A stretch of DNA of 64,000 nucleotides from an uncultured virus (IMG/VR IMGVR_UViG_3300017963_004045) (IMGVR_UViG_3300017963_004045); one strand, 5' to 3'; shown: positions 8,964-18,702, counted from the stretch's first letter. Notes: generated from the sequence alone by a model not told the origin. Numbers and translations: made by a program.

Positions 8964-9394
8964 TTCTGCACCTCACACACCTCAATTTCCTTGACATTGA
9001 CCTGCATATCTTCAGGATATGTTCCAGAGTTTCTCTCCCACCAGTCCATTGCCTCTTTCTCTGAGCCAAAGGTCTTATCTGCAACATGACCGCCAGATTG
9101 GGGATGCTCAAGCACAAACTTCATGCGACATGGCTCAAACGGTGCATGGACTTTTCTCGGTGGCTCAGGCAACGGGTGTTCGCATCCAAGCCTCATTGCG
9201 TCTTGGAGTTCATTAATTCCAGAGGCGATTGTTCCAGTGAGTCGATTATGTCCATTTGCTTGTGTCAGGACTTTCACGAGGTCATCACGAGCCTTCTCAA
9301 CTTTCTTCATCTCCTCTGGCTCAATGTAGACTCTCTGTTGCTTAGCGAACTTGCACTTCGTTCCTTTCACTTTATCATAGACATATTCAGTCAT
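8960..9394 (-). CDS. Hypothetical protein
   Basis: Operon packing. Confidence 0.7.
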   Translation of the reverse strand: MTEYVYDKVKGTKCKFAKQQRVYIEPEEMKKVEKARDDLVKVLTQANGHNRLTGTIASGINELQDAMRLGCEHPLPEPPRKVHAPFEPCRMKFVLEHPQSGGHVADKTFGSEKEAMDWWERNSGTYPEDMQVNVKEIEVCEVQK

Positions 9395-9737
9395 AGAATT
9401 TCCCCTCTCTCATAATTTTTTTGCGTTCTTCGAGAGTTTTTCCCTTCATCGCCCTGCTCATCTCTCTTATGGCTCTTGCTCTTCCACCCTCTATTCTTGC
9501 AGTCGCCATCGCCCTTGAGAACGGTGTGCAATCATGCCTACCCTGAAATTCGACAAGAGTTTTTCCATCAATAGCCATAACCCTCATGTCCACGCCCTCC
9601 TCATAATCCATCTGCACTAAAGTTAGGGCACTTTCTTGATGTGTGACATCTCCCTCACTATCGATACCGAAGCACTTAAACGGCTTTCCATCGTTACTGA
9701 TTTCACATCTGATTATGGTTTCACACATATCTGTCAT
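9387..9737 (-). CDS. Hypothetical protein
   Basis: C-terminus RARAIREMSRAMKGKTLEERKK weakly resembles the 16260-16421 module. Confidence 0.7.
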   Translation of the reverse strand: MTDMCETIIRCEISNDGKPFKCFGIDSEGDVTHQESALTLVQMDYEEGVDMRVMAIDGKTLVEFQGRHDCTPFSRAMATARIEGGRARAIREMSRAMKGKTLEERKKIMREGKFYD

Positions 9738-10115
9738 TCAGTATCCCCTCTCTTCAAACATCTTTTTTCGGTATTCCCTGTCCCAGATATGTCTGCTGTG
9801 GTCTCTGAGTTCATGGCTAAGGACTTCATTCATCAATCCGCATGTCGTTGAGCACTTCCCGTCCTTATTAATAGAGACGACACACGCACCACGACCATCT
9901 GTATTGAAAGCCAATATCTGATTTCCAGCAATCTTGGTATGAATTGCCAATTCGCTGAAGGGAACTTCCGTAGCACGAGTTCCCATCCTGAGTCCTGCAT
10001 TAGAAGGGAATATGGTAGTCCCATACTTTCCTTCATCATAGTGAATAGTCATTCCAGCACTTACGCACTTTCTGAATCTCTCAAGTTCATTTTCGTCCAT
10101 ATTATCTTCCTCCAT
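9738..10115 (-). CDS. Hypothetical protein
   Basis: Operon packing. Confidence 0.65.
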   Translation of the reverse strand: MEEDNMDENELERFRKCVSAGMTIHYDEGKYGTTIFPSNAGLRMGTRATEVPFSELAIHTKIAGNQILAFNTDGRGACVVSINKDGKCSTTCGLMNEVLSHELRDHSRHIWDREYRKKMFEERGY

Positions 10116-10365
10116 TGCTACTATTTATTATGTTAACAAGTGCGTCTTGTCCAGAATCGCAACTCATAGTGAAAAAGAACCTTCCAGAAGTAGCCTCACG
10201 AACATCGCCTTTTAATGACCAACAATCGAATCTTTTATTTGATTGAACCAAATGAACGACATCTTTCACAACTTTCTTGGCTTCGACATCAGAATCACAT
10301 GATACAATGATATGCTGTTCCGTTGGCAGACTTGCCTTATTGTCCCGACTTGCTCTGCAAACCAT
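10102..10365 (-). CDS. Hypothetical protein
   Basis: Operon packing. Confidence 0.6.
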   Translation of the reverse strand: MVCRASRDNKASLPTEQHIIVSCDSDVEAKKVVKDVVHLVQSNKRFDCWSLKGDVREATSGRFFFTMSCDSGQDALVNIINSSNGGR

Positions 10366-10367
10366 CT

Positions 10368-10739
10368 TCAGAACCCCCTCTCTGGCAATAAAGAAGTGGG
10401 GTTCTTCTCGGCTTTCTCCAAGTTCTTCATATTTTCAATATCAGCCCTTCTGAGATACTGCTCTCTCGTGAGCATGATTTGACCAGACTTCAGGGCGTTC
10501 TCCTCACACTGGTCAGGCGGTTGGTTATTCGCACCGCAAATAAGTTGAATCCCCTCGCCCATGTATGACAAATCTTCACACCAACAGGTTATGCAACTGT
10601 ATTTGTCAGCGAAATGATGTGCTCTTTTCATAAGGTGGTCATGAGCATCTTGCTTGGAGAGTCCTCTGGCTTCGTAACTGTCAACGACAGTATTCCAGAT
10701 ATTGAAGTTTCTACCGTCAAAGTGAATCTCAATACCCAT
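10368..10739 (-). CDS. Hypothetical protein
   Basis: GGAGGG SD. Confidence 0.65.
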   Translation of the reverse strand: MGIEIHFDGRNFNIWNTVVDSYEARGLSKQDAHDHLMKRAHHFADKYSCITCWCEDLSYMGEGIQLICGANNQPPDQCEENALKSGQIMLTREQYLRRADIENMKNLEKAEKNPTSLLPERGF

Positions 10740-10740
10740 G

Positions 10741-11085
10741 TCAGTCCCTCCTCTTCATGCATCTCATCTTGCCACTGGCTTCCATAAGACAAGTGATGTC
10801 ACCATCGGCAGTTATATAGGGTCTACCGCCAATTTGAAGCATTCTAACACTCGTTAGGTTGCCGAAATCGACCTCTTCCAACTCGAACTCCTTGATAGGT
10901 GGAACTCCGTAGCCCTTCTTCTGCTCCCCCTCAATAACGAATGAGCAGACAATCCTACCGTCAATGTATCTGGACGACCATGACCTAAGTGGAACATACT
11001 CGAACCTCTCCTTGTCGTCCATAGGAACATGTTCTTTGGCTTGGCAAACAACCCTGTCTACATCAAATCGCCTCACAGCCCACAC
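10741..11085 (-). CDS. Hypothetical protein
   Basis: GGAGGTG SD. Confidence 0.65.
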   Translation of the reverse strand: MWAVRRFDVDRVVCQAKEHVPMDDKERFEYVPLRSWSSRYIDGRIVCSFVIEGEQKKGYGVPPIKEFELEEVDFGNLTSVRMLQIGGRPYITADGDITCLMEASGKMRCMKRRD

Positions 11086-11411
11086 CTCCTGTTATTAGGG
11101 AAAAGGGCATTGTAGATAGCCTCTTGCTCATCTTCCGTTGCTCCCTCAATAAAGAAGTTTCTCGACTCCCAAGAGCCATCATGCATGTCCTGTTGAGCCT
11201 CTGTGTTATACCACACTCCCGTATGGAAACACGAAGAAGAAGCCTCTATGATTCCCTCCATTCTCAGATGCTCAATGACCTCCTCAATATCATCGAAATC
11301 GACCCCCTCCTCGTTAATCCAGCCAGTCTCTGCGAAGTCACCCTCTCTGGCACTCTCTTGGGTGACAATCTCATAGGACTCCTTGACCTTAATCAATTCT
11401 GCAACCCCCAC
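11073..11411 (-). CDS. Hypothetical acidic protein
   Basis: YEIVTQESAREGDFAETGW; operon packing. Confidence 0.7.
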   Translation of the reverse strand: MGVAELIKVKESYEIVTQESAREGDFAETGWINEEGVDFDDIEEVIEHLRMEGIIEASSSCFHTGVWYNTEAQQDMHDGSWESRNFFIEGATEDEQEAIYNALFPNNRRCGL

Positions 11412-11628
11412 TTAACAGTATTCTGGCGACCTCTCGCTTGATGTAATTCGGGAATCTCTCAGGGTGGTCGTAGAAAACCCTGCCATCGTGAACCATAGGG
11501 GAATCGGACAAGCCCTCTGGGGTTGTCACTCTGGCTTTTCCATCCACATCACAGAATAGTTCAAAGCCCTTGAATGACATGACGAGTGTATCGTCTTTGT
11601 TGAAGCCTTCAGCACACTTGCAACCCAC
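11389..11628 (-). CDS. Hypothetical protein
   Basis: Operon packing. Confidence 0.55.
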   Translation of the reverse strand: MGCKCAEGFNKDDTLVMSFKGFELFCDVDGKARVTTPEGLSDSPMVHDGRVFYDHPERFPNYIKREVARILLSGGCRID

Positions 11629-11629
11629 T

Positions 11630-11893
11630 TTAAACCAACTCCTTGTCCCTCAGAAACTGGTGGAACTCGCCACCTACCAATCCTCTGCTCCTAACCGAGA
11701 CCGCCCTGCCATTTGAATGTGCAACCCAGTTATGGGCATCCCTCTTACCCATCTGGTTAATTTCGATTGAAAGAACATCAGCATCATGCTTAGTCTCGCA
11801 TTCATATGTAAGAAGAGTGTCATGAACCTCTTTCAGTTGGCAACTGGCTTTTGGGACTACCTCACCATCGATATTTTCAACGAATTCCACCAT
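11630..11893 (-). CDS. Hypothetical protein
   Basis: GGAGG SD. Confidence 0.65.
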   Translation of the reverse strand: MVEFVENIDGEVVPKASCQLKEVHDTLLTYECETKHDADVLSIEINQMGKRDAHNWVAHSNGRAVSVRSRGLVGGEFHQFLRDKELV

Positions 11894-11895
11894 GT

Positions 11896-12240
11896 TCAGT
11901 CCTCCTCGAACCTTCGCCAGATAGCCTTCTTCATCTGGTCAGACATCAAATCTGGCTTGTTGACTATGAAATCCTTCTTTCTCTCCCTGAAGTCGTCATA
12001 TTCCCAGACTTCTCCAGCCCACAGATTAATGCCATTAGGCATAAGTGCACGAGCATTCATCTCGTAGACATCATCCCCCAGAACAACCATAGCATGATAA
12101 ATCTGGTGAACTCCCATATTATGAGAATCATCGAAGTCTCCCGATACATCGAAAACATCAAGCCTTCCTTCATCAACAAGACAAGCGATTTTGTCATCCA
12201 GATTATCTTTCGTATGACACATTGACCTTACCATTTTCAT
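11896..12240 (-). CDS. Hypothetical protein
   Basis: GGAGG SD, overlap with upstream stop. Confidence 0.65.
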   Translation of the reverse strand: MKMVRSMCHTKDNLDDKIACLVDEGRLDVFDVSGDFDDSHNMGVHQIYHAMVVLGDDVYEMNARALMPNGINLWAGEVWEYDDFRERKKDFIVNKPDLMSDQMKKAIWRRFEED

Positions 12241-12587
12241 TCCTCCCTTTCTCCAGTTCTTATCTCTCTCTCAATGTCCTTATATTTCTCCATGATGGCA
12301 TCTTGATAAACCTCGACCAGTTCTGGAAGATGCCTCACAGAAGGAGCACAGATTATAACTTTATCTGCTGAGAGCCTTTTAATATCAACGCCACCCCCAC
12401 TAAGGTCATAACCAAGTTCACCGATTCTATCTGGGAACTGGTCAAAAGCATAGTCAGTAGTCTCATCAGGGTATGTAGTTCCAGCACGAGCAATATGGCA
12501 CACACCGTTCCGATGAGGTCTGGCTTTGCCGATATTTTTAACTTCTTCGGCAGTCAGAGTTCGTAGAAATAAATCTTCCTCTTCCAT
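12237..12587 (-). CDS. Hypothetical protein
   Basis: GGAGG SD. Confidence 0.7.
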   Translation of the reverse strand: MEEEDLFLRTLTAEEVKNIGKARPHRNGVCHIARAGTTYPDETTDYAFDQFPDRIGELGYDLSGGGVDIKRLSADKVIICAPSVRHLPELVEVYQDAIMEKYKDIEREIRTGEREE

Positions 12588-12995
12588 CTAATCTTCCTCC
12601 CTGACCACAAAATAGTCCTCGCCCATTCCAGCGACAGTCTCGATATTTGCGAATGTTGTAGCCTCTAATTCAGAGGGGAACTCTTCCTTGAGCAATGTCA
12701 GTTCATCTGACCCCTCTGGTCTGACAAGCACTCTGAATGTCTCCTTGAATCTATTACCCTTAAGGAATGCCCAATTGGTCTCAAGAGCATCCTGTAATGC
12801 CTCTCTCTCAGAGTTATGAAGGGAAGTATCTTGAACTACGATACCGCCATCATCAGAAAGCGTCAACACTCTCTTCATCCAAGAAGGTGGGTCTAATTCC
12901 TCATCATAATAAGCGTCAGCGAATGGCTTACCAATCGGAAAGCACTTGTCTGTATAAGGGTTTACAACCTCTCCAACAGGGCAACTATCAACCAT
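12588..12995 (-). CDS. Hypothetical protein with N-terminal CPxGxVxNPxTxKC motif
   Basis: GGAGG SD; CPVGEVVNPYTDKC. Confidence 0.7.
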   Translation of the reverse strand: MVDSCPVGEVVNPYTDKCFPIGKPFADAYYDEELDPPSWMKRVLTLSDDGGIVVQDTSLHNSEREALQDALETNWAFLKGNRFKETFRVLVRPEGSDELTLLKEEFPSELEATTFANIETVAGMGEDYFVVREED

Positions 12996-13355
12996 CTACT
13001 TCCTCCTCCCGACCTCAACGAACCCAACAGCGTCAGTTATCAAGCATCGCCCATCTGGTAGACAAACGATGTCGCCCATGCTCATTGATGTATGTTTCAG
13101 TCCTTTGGCTCTTATGTCTGCCCTTGCCTCTCCTCTGGGAGACCACATCTCTCCCTGCATCTTCATAAAGACTTCTTCTGGGTCTGCGAATGGAACATCA
13201 CCGACCTTTATATGAGTCTTGTCCAAATTATTGACATCGACCTTCTCCAGACAAGCCTCACGATTAAGAAGGAATGTGCAATCTGGGTCATTGAGGTAAT
13301 AGACTTCGGTTTCTCCACCGCCATATTTATCTTCGAGCCAACCCATATCAAGCAC
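12996..13355 (-). CDS. YodL-like domain protein
   Basis: EEVFMKMQ...P....HTSMSMGDIVCL resembles the YodL motif (E.IF..FN...GHSLSVSDVV). Confidence 0.6.
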   Translation of the reverse strand: MLDMGWLEDKYGGGETEVYYLNDPDCTFLLNREACLEKVDVNNLDKTHIKVGDVPFADPEEVFMKMQGEMWSPRGEARADIRAKGLKHTSMSMGDIVCLPDGRCLITDAVGFVEVGRRK

Positions 13356-16158
13356 CCCTCAATCTCTTTATCTGGGCTTTCTGGAATCCTACCCACTTGT
13401 CCTTGAATTCATCAGACAGATGCTCAGACTCTTCGATTTCCTTGATGGTTTCTTCTATCTCCGCAATCTTGAAGCGACTTTTAGCCCTCTCCTGAATTTC
13501 CAGATATTCACGAGCACCCTCTTCGCTCAACTTATGAACCCTCATGGTCTCTGCGACCTGCTCATCGGAAACTGGCTCTGTTTTGATAGTGACCTTAGTT
13601 TTCTCTTTCTTTGGGGCGGGTTTAGGCTCTTCTTCAGCCTCAATCTCTATCTCCAGTTCCTCTGGCAAATCCTCTTCTTCCTTCTCAGTGGCTGTCTCTA
13701 TTATGTATTGCCTCTGAATCTCAGTTCTTCTTTTATCCGAGATGTCCTCCCATTCCTTGTTGGCAATCATAATATTGGTTTCAGGCTTATATTGAGGGAA
13801 AGCAACTCTAAGTAGATTAACTCTGTCCGAAAGACCCATATCATCCCAAGCCTCCCAGTCCTCAATCACAGGCTCTTCTGGTATCTTTTCAACGGGTGTT
13901 ACTTCCTCTAAAGGCGGTCTCGGTATATCAACAGTGATTCCCTTCTCCTCTGCCTTCTTCTCTGCCCAGTCGATTATTAGGTATCTTGTCTCGTCCTTAA
14001 GTTCAGACCAGTCCTTTTTAGAGTATCTATTAGCCTTGCTCTTCCCGATACCGATTTCCTCCATCAGCAGTTTTTTCCTTTCCTTCTGGGAGGCGTTTTG
14101 CCACAAATCCCACTCTACTGGCTCTTCCTCAACGACTGGCTCTTCCTCGATTTCCTCCTCTTCCTCAGCCACCCCCAACTCATCTTTCTTTCCCTTCAGA
14201 GCAACGAGCAATTTGTCTTTATTCTTCCCCTCTTCATATTGCTCTTCAATCATGCTCTCAATTTCACCGATACGCTCAACACTTACGGCATCATTGATGT
14301 TCTTCCTGAACTTATTGAAGAGTTTGGCGGTGTCTCTCTTCTCAACTGGCTTCTTTACTTGTATGACATTGAACTCTGCCATAAGAAGGTCATGATACTC
14401 CTTCTCACGCTGTTTCTGGAATTCTTTGATTTCCTTCATCTCATCAGCAGACAACTGGACGACCTCATCGATTTCGATTTCTGCCTGTTTCTCTTGAACG
14501 ATTTTATCAAGCATCTCATCTGCATCGTTCTTGGCAAATTCCTTAGCCATCTTCTTGAGGTCTTTGTATCTCATTGTCTCTTTCTTCACGATTTCAACAT
14601 CTTCATCGACTTTCTCAACGATTTCAGCCTTCGGAACAGTCGCCTTCTTGGGCTTCTGCTTCTCAAGTTTAGCGATTCGCTTGTTAATGGTGCTCAGGAG
14701 GTCTCCTCTGTCCTTATCTTCAAGGTCTCCGATACCTGCACTCTCTACCGCTTTCTTGAGATTCTTCAGCCCTTGCAGGTCGTCAAATCGCTCTGCAATC
14801 TCTTCCTGATATTCGACATAGTTCTCGACCTTGCTCAAGGAATCGGCTTTCTTAGGGGCTTTAGAGGGCTTCTTTGAGGGTGTCTTACCCTTCTTGACCT
14901 CCCACTCGGCAGACTTCTCCGCAACCGCAATAAGGCTGTAGAGACGGGTCTTTAGGGGGTGCGAAAGCACCGTGTCCTTGATTATCTCTTTCTCAAGTGC
15001 TCGAAACTCATCCTTTGAAGCCTCTTTCTGTATTAATTTCTGCACTCTCTCAGAGTATTCATTGTATGCTTTCTCCGACTTGGGTGGTTTCTTAGCCTTC
15101 TTTTCCGATACGAACCCCTCTTCTTTTCTTATTTTCTCGATTTTATTCAAGAGCATGTCTTTCTCATCGACATCAGTGATTTGCTTACGGACAACAGCCT
15201 CAATCTCATCGAGGAATTCCGATGTGATGTCCTCGCCCTTAAGCATTTGATAAATTGAATTATAATCTGGTTTAATAGTAGTTACATCAACTACCTGCAC
15301 CTTCTCCACATCAATATCTGGTATTAGGTGGGAGAAATCATAGGCATCCGAGTTCTCCAAGATATACTCAATGTAGTCATCCTTGAGTTTGAGTCCAGAA
15401 ACATCTCCTCCCGACTTCTTAATCTCCTTGCTTAGAGTGGCAATGGTATTCTTACGCAGAGCCTTTCTTTGCTGAGCATCAATCTCGACTATGAAATCAA
15501 CCATCTGTTCTTTCGTCCCATCTCCTGAATGACCAAGTTCCATAGCCCAATCCTTTATGGAATCCTTACCCATACTCATCAACTGGGATTTGTAATCAGC
15601 CTGTTCTGGCTCAAGAGCAACCTTCTTCTCCTCAACAGGTGTTACTTTCTTGGAAATCTTCCCCCTCTCGAACTCAATCCAGTCCTCCATCTCAGGTCTT
15701 GTAAGGAACTTACCAGAGAATCCAAGTTCTTTAGCCTCCTGTATCACTTCCTGCCAAGTCATCTTCTCAACAGGCTTGAACTTTGGTGCTTCCTCCTTCT
15801 TTGGCGTTGGGGTGGGTTTCTTAGGCGGTTTCTCAATCCTCTTTGGCTTCTCCTTAACTTCTACGGACTCGAACTCATAATCACGGAAACCCTCATCAAG
15901 AAGAGCACCCCATTCTCCAATTCCCCCACCTTCAAACCTTTCCGTTGCATCCTCAACGACCTCAGCAAACCCCTCATGGGTTTTCACGAGTTCATCAGGT
16001 GCTGGACGAATATCCTTAGTTGGACAAAAATCAATTTCTTGGCGAACACTGAGAGTGCCGACAATACCTTTACTGTAGCACATGCGATTCCCATTTGGGA
16101 GTTCATAGCAAAGGCATCCTGACTGCTTTGCCTTGCGAGGATTCGCTATATTTCCCAT
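13348..16158 (-). CDS. 936-aa Lys/Glu-rich protein with several HeH (Rho-N/SAP-like) segments
   Basis: Long ORF; segments such as LMSMGKDSIKDWAMELGHSGDGTKEQMVDFI; two Trp-containing repeats near the C-terminus. Confidence 0.8.
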   Translation of the reverse strand: MGNIANPRKAKQSGCLCYELPNGNRMCYSKGIVGTLSVRQEIDFCPTKDIRPAPDELVKTHEGFAEVVEDATERFEGGGIGEWGALLDEGFRDYEFESVEVKEKPKRIEKPPKKPTPTPKKEEAPKFKPVEKMTWQEVIQEAKELGFSGKFLTRPEMEDWIEFERGKISKKVTPVEEKKVALEPEQADYKSQLMSMGKDSIKDWAMELGHSGDGTKEQMVDFIVEIDAQQRKALRKNTIATLSKEIKKSGGDVSGLKLKDDYIEYILENSDAYDFSHLIPDIDVEKVQVVDVTTIKPDYNSIYQMLKGEDITSEFLDEIEAVVRKQITDVDEKDMLLNKIEKIRKEEGFVSEKKAKKPPKSEKAYNEYSERVQKLIQKEASKDEFRALEKEIIKDTVLSHPLKTRLYSLIAVAEKSAEWEVKKGKTPSKKPSKAPKKADSLSKVENYVEYQEEIAERFDDLQGLKNLKKAVESAGIGDLEDKDRGDLLSTINKRIAKLEKQKPKKATVPKAEIVEKVDEDVEIVKKETMRYKDLKKMAKEFAKNDADEMLDKIVQEKQAEIEIDEVVQLSADEMKEIKEFQKQREKEYHDLLMAEFNVIQVKKPVEKRDTAKLFNKFRKNINDAVSVERIGEIESMIEEQYEEGKNKDKLLVALKGKKDELGVAEEEEEIEEEPVVEEEPVEWDLWQNASQKERKKLLMEEIGIGKSKANRYSKKDWSELKDETRYLIIDWAEKKAEEKGITVDIPRPPLEEVTPVEKIPEEPVIEDWEAWDDMGLSDRVNLLRVAFPQYKPETNIMIANKEWEDISDKRRTEIQRQYIIETATEKEEEDLPEELEIEIEAEEEPKPAPKKEKTKVTIKTEPVSDEQVAETMRVHKLSEEGAREYLEIQERAKSRFKIAEIEETIKEIEESEHLSDEFKDKWVGFQKAQIKRLRGA

Positions 16159-16259
16159 GTTCAGACCGTCCTCTCATCAAATGAGAGTTTATTGCACGAA
16201 ATAAAAAGGCTCGTGCAAAGAGTAAAGGAAAAGGGAGTTTCAGGGGGTTAGGGACTCGC

Positions 16260-16421
16260 CTAACCCTGCCTGAAACAGTTCTTGCGTTCCTCAAGTCCCT
16301 TGCCCTTTGCACACTTCTGAATGCGTCTTGCCCTCTCGTTGGGGTAAGGGGACTCTCGGTAGCCTCTCTTGGCATTCAGGTTTACGACAACCTTCTTGCC
16401 CAGAACACGCTTCCTTATCAT
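16260..16421 (-). CDS. 53-aa highly basic protein
   Basis: GGAGGTG-CAAAACC-ATG; MIRKRVLGKKVVVNLNAKRGYRESPYPNERARRIQKCAKGKGLEERKNCFRQG*; not in the ORF track. Confidence 0.8.
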   Translation of the reverse strand: MIRKRVLGKKVVVNLNAKRGYRESPYPNERARRIQKCAKGKGLEERKNCFRQG

Positions 16422-16454
16422 GGTTTTGCACCTCCTTTTTACTTATGGCAGAAT

Positions 16455-16525
16455 CAGAATTGTGCGGACAATATATATAATTTAGTAGTAAAAAATTTAC
16501 CACTAATTATACGCATAATACTGGA
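16455..16525 (-). promoter_or_regulatory. Promoter with TATA flanked by two inverted CAGWATTRTGCGKAYAA motifs
   Basis: Motifs at 16455-16471 and 16507-16525 around AT-rich TTATATATA. Confidence 0.65.
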
Positions 16526-16532
16526 CGGAAGC

Positions 16533-16913
16533 CTAATTATCAGGCTTATGGCTATCCCTCTTGTCGCCATTATAGATATTGGAGATTTGCACTCTCCTCA
16601 TGATGAAATCGAAAATCATTTTCGTGCCTTCAGGCTCAACCTTCTCATGTCCATCAATCAAGTCTGCAATCTCGCTGATATGTTCCGCTATAGATTGTAT
16701 ACAATCCTTGCAGGTGAGGACAGGGTGGGGTGAATAGGAGGTAGTCCTTTCAGAGTTGTGTTCCATGACAACACCGACTTGAACGAGTTTATGAATGCCA
16801 TCTCTGATGTTCGCCCCATGCTCCCCAGTCCTCTTTGCAATCTTGTAGGCAGTTATCGGCTTGTCGGATTCGATTAATGTTGATAATATCTTGACTTCCC
16901 TTTGCTTGAGCAT
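16533..16913 (-). CDS. Winged-helix transcription regulator
   Basis: EVKILSTLIESDKPITAYKIAKRTGEHGANIRDGIHKLVQVGVV wHTH pattern. Confidence 0.75.
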   Translation of the reverse strand: MLKQREVKILSTLIESDKPITAYKIAKRTGEHGANIRDGIHKLVQVGVVMEHNSERTTSYSPHPVLTCKDCIQSIAEHISEIADLIDGHEKVEPEGTKMIFDFIMRRVQISNIYNGDKRDSHKPDN

Positions 16914-16925
16914 AATCAACACCCG

Positions 16926-17246
16926 TTAGAAATCCTCCAACTCCTCATAATCCTCATCTGCAAAGCCACTCATATCCTTCCAGTCCCTCATTACCTTCTC
17001 AATTTCATTAAGACCAGTAATCATATCTAAGCCTTCAGACCCACAATCAATGATTAATGCGGGGACATGCTTAACATCTGGGTATCTGGAGAATATGGTG
17101 TCGAAATCATCCTCAGTTGCAATATGGAGTATTTCAACCTCATCATCAGTCAAAATGAAATTATCTTTTAAGTAACTACAAGCAGGGCAACCCTCTTGGG
17201 TTATAAGATTAAGTGAACAATGTATTGGCTTCATGCTCTGCGTCAA
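16926..17246 (-). CDS. Glutaredoxin/thioredoxin-fold protein
   Basis: ITQEGCPAC (CxxC) and cis-Pro motif VKHVPALII. Confidence 0.75.
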   Translation of the reverse strand: MTQSMKPIHCSLNLITQEGCPACSYLKDNFILTDDEVEILHIATEDDFDTIFSRYPDVKHVPALIIDCGSEGLDMITGLNEIEKVMRDWKDMSGFADEDYEELEDF

Positions 17247-17252
17247 TGTGCT

Positions 17253-17435
17253 CTACCTCTCGACCTCAACTTTTTCTATGTCTTTTTCCTCAGTTGAACT
17301 GGATGTAGGCGTGGGACAAGTCCCGATTCTTTCCATCGAGACCACTTTTCCTTCATCATCCCTACATTGCTTGTATTTTATGTTTCTCTTCTTTCCAGCA
17401 CAAATGACTTTGCATTCTGAGGGCGTATATAACAC
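17253..17435 (-). CDS. Cys-rich mini-protein
   Basis: 4 Cys in ~60 aa; start uncertain. Confidence 0.6.
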   Translation of the reverse strand: MLYTPSECKVICAGKKRNIKYKQCRDDEGKVVSMERIGTCPTPTSSSTEEKDIEKVEVER

Positions 17436-17441
17436 CCCCGA

Positions 17442-17684
17442 CTATGTTTTGCCACTGGAAACAACAGTGCAATGCAGTTTGTTATCTCGTTTGTTCTTAC
17501 CGCATCTTAAGGACTCAATCTCTTGTTTTCCAAGAGATATGTTAGTCATCCCATCCCCAAGTTCAGCATTCCCTTCCTTTTTATCTGGGTTCGGACAGGC
17601 AACTCTACCGTCCTTGATTATGCATCCACGCTCTATCTGTTCAGGTGTCAATTGAGGAGTGTCAATTACTTCGTCATCCTCCAT
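17442..17684 (-). CDS. Cys-pair mini-protein
   Basis: GAGGT SD; CIIKDGRVAC and CGKNKRDNKLHC. Confidence 0.65.
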   Translation of the reverse strand: MEDDEVIDTPQLTPEQIERGCIIKDGRVACPNPDKKEGNAELGDGMTNISLGKQEIESLRCGKNKRDNKLHCTVVSSGKT

Positions 17685-17710
17685 GTTCAGACCTCATTTG
17701 TGAGAAGCGT

Positions 17711-17821
17711 CTACTTCTCGTTAACCTTCACATTCTTGGAGTCCACAGGGCAGATTTCGATACTCTTCCCATGCTTCGTCTCCACTGTTATGCAACCTTC
17801 GTGCTTTCTGTCCTCAGCCAT
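17711..17821 (-). CDS. 36-aa Cys-hairpin mini-protein
   Basis: GAGGTGG SD; MAEDRKHEGCITVETKHGKSIEICPVDSKNVKVNEK*; not in the ORF track. Confidence 0.7.
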   Translation of the reverse strand: MAEDRKHEGCITVETKHGKSIEICPVDSKNVKVNEK

Positions 17822-17830
17822 GATTCCACC

Positions 17831-17944
17831 TCAGCATTTCCCGATGGTTTTCTCAGTCAGTCCCTTACCATCATCAGTGGGGCAAAATTGTTTCTTCGTG
17901 CCGTCTTTCATGCACACATTCACGCAGTTCTTTTTCTCAGCCAT
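17831..17944 (-). CDS. 37-aa Cys-hairpin mini-protein
   Basis: GGAGGT SD; MAEKKNCVNVCMKDGTKKQFCPTDDGKGLTEKTIGKC*; not in the ORF track. Confidence 0.7.
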   Translation of the reverse strand: MAEKKNCVNVCMKDGTKKQFCPTDDGKGLTEKTIGKC

Positions 17945-18010
17945 AATAACAAGACCTCCAATTGTCTTTGCAAGACCTGTATAAACTCCTTGTAATATAA
18001 ATCTTTCTAT

Positions 18011-18029
18011 TTATACGCACAATTCTGGA
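18011..18029 (-). promoter_or_regulatory. Upstream motif TCCAGAATTGTGCGTATAA before a TATA box
   Basis: Near-identical to 45831-45849 and 16507-16525; followed by ATAGAAAGATTTATATT. Confidence 0.65.
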
Positions 18030-18030
18030 C

Positions 18031-18702
18031 TCAATGATGTATATCATATAGTGCATCTATTGTATCCTGAGTGAAATCATTATTGAACCCCGTATACATG
18101 GGATACATCACATCATCTGGGTCATCGGAATGCCAATATCCAAGAAGGTGAGAAACCTCGTGTAGACCAAGAGATGACTTATGCATAGATGTAGATAGCA
18201 TAGGGCAGAACACAATTGCGAAATTAATCTGGACTCTGGCGTAGCCACCCAAATCACCATATATCTCATCCTGCGGAGTGACCAAATCTGCGAAAACAAG
18301 GACAAAATCAGCATTTTCATCGTCCATCGCACTTGTCATGATGTTCTCGAACTCGAAGTCAAAGTATACAGTGTCATTTTCGTTGTAAGTATCGAATGTC
18401 CATCTAATATCAATGTCTGCAAGAGCCAACTGGTCATCAATGTGGTTCACAAGAGAAGGCTCATAAGGGACATTGTAGAACATGCAAAGGGCATCCAATT
18501 CGTTTTGACCTTCATAGCAATAATGCCAGTCTCTTGGGAAGTTAGCAGTCGGTTGAGATGTAATAACCAAAGTTCCATCTGGATATATCGATTTGTTGAA
18601 TTGCTGAGTGATGAAGAAGGAGTGGACTTGCGGAGTAATAAGGACGAATAAGACGATGATTAGAATAAAGAATGTCCTAAGAGTCTTTCCCGTTTCCATC
18701 AA
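18031..18702 (-). CDS. Secreted matrixin-like (metzincin, M10-like) zinc metallopeptidase
   Basis: N-terminal signal/TM; HEVSHLLGYWH zinc motif followed by Met-turn DVMYP. Confidence 0.85.
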   Translation of the reverse strand: MMETGKTLRTFFILIIVLFVLITPQVHSFFITQQFNKSIYPDGTLVITSQPTANFPRDWHYCYEGQNELDALCMFYNVPYEPSLVNHIDDQLALADIDIRWTFDTYNENDTVYFDFEFENIMTSAMDDENADFVLVFADLVTPQDEIYGDLGGYARVQINFAIVFCPMLSTSMHKSSLGLHEVSHLLGYWHSDDPDDVMYPMYTGFNNDFTQDTIDALYDIHH

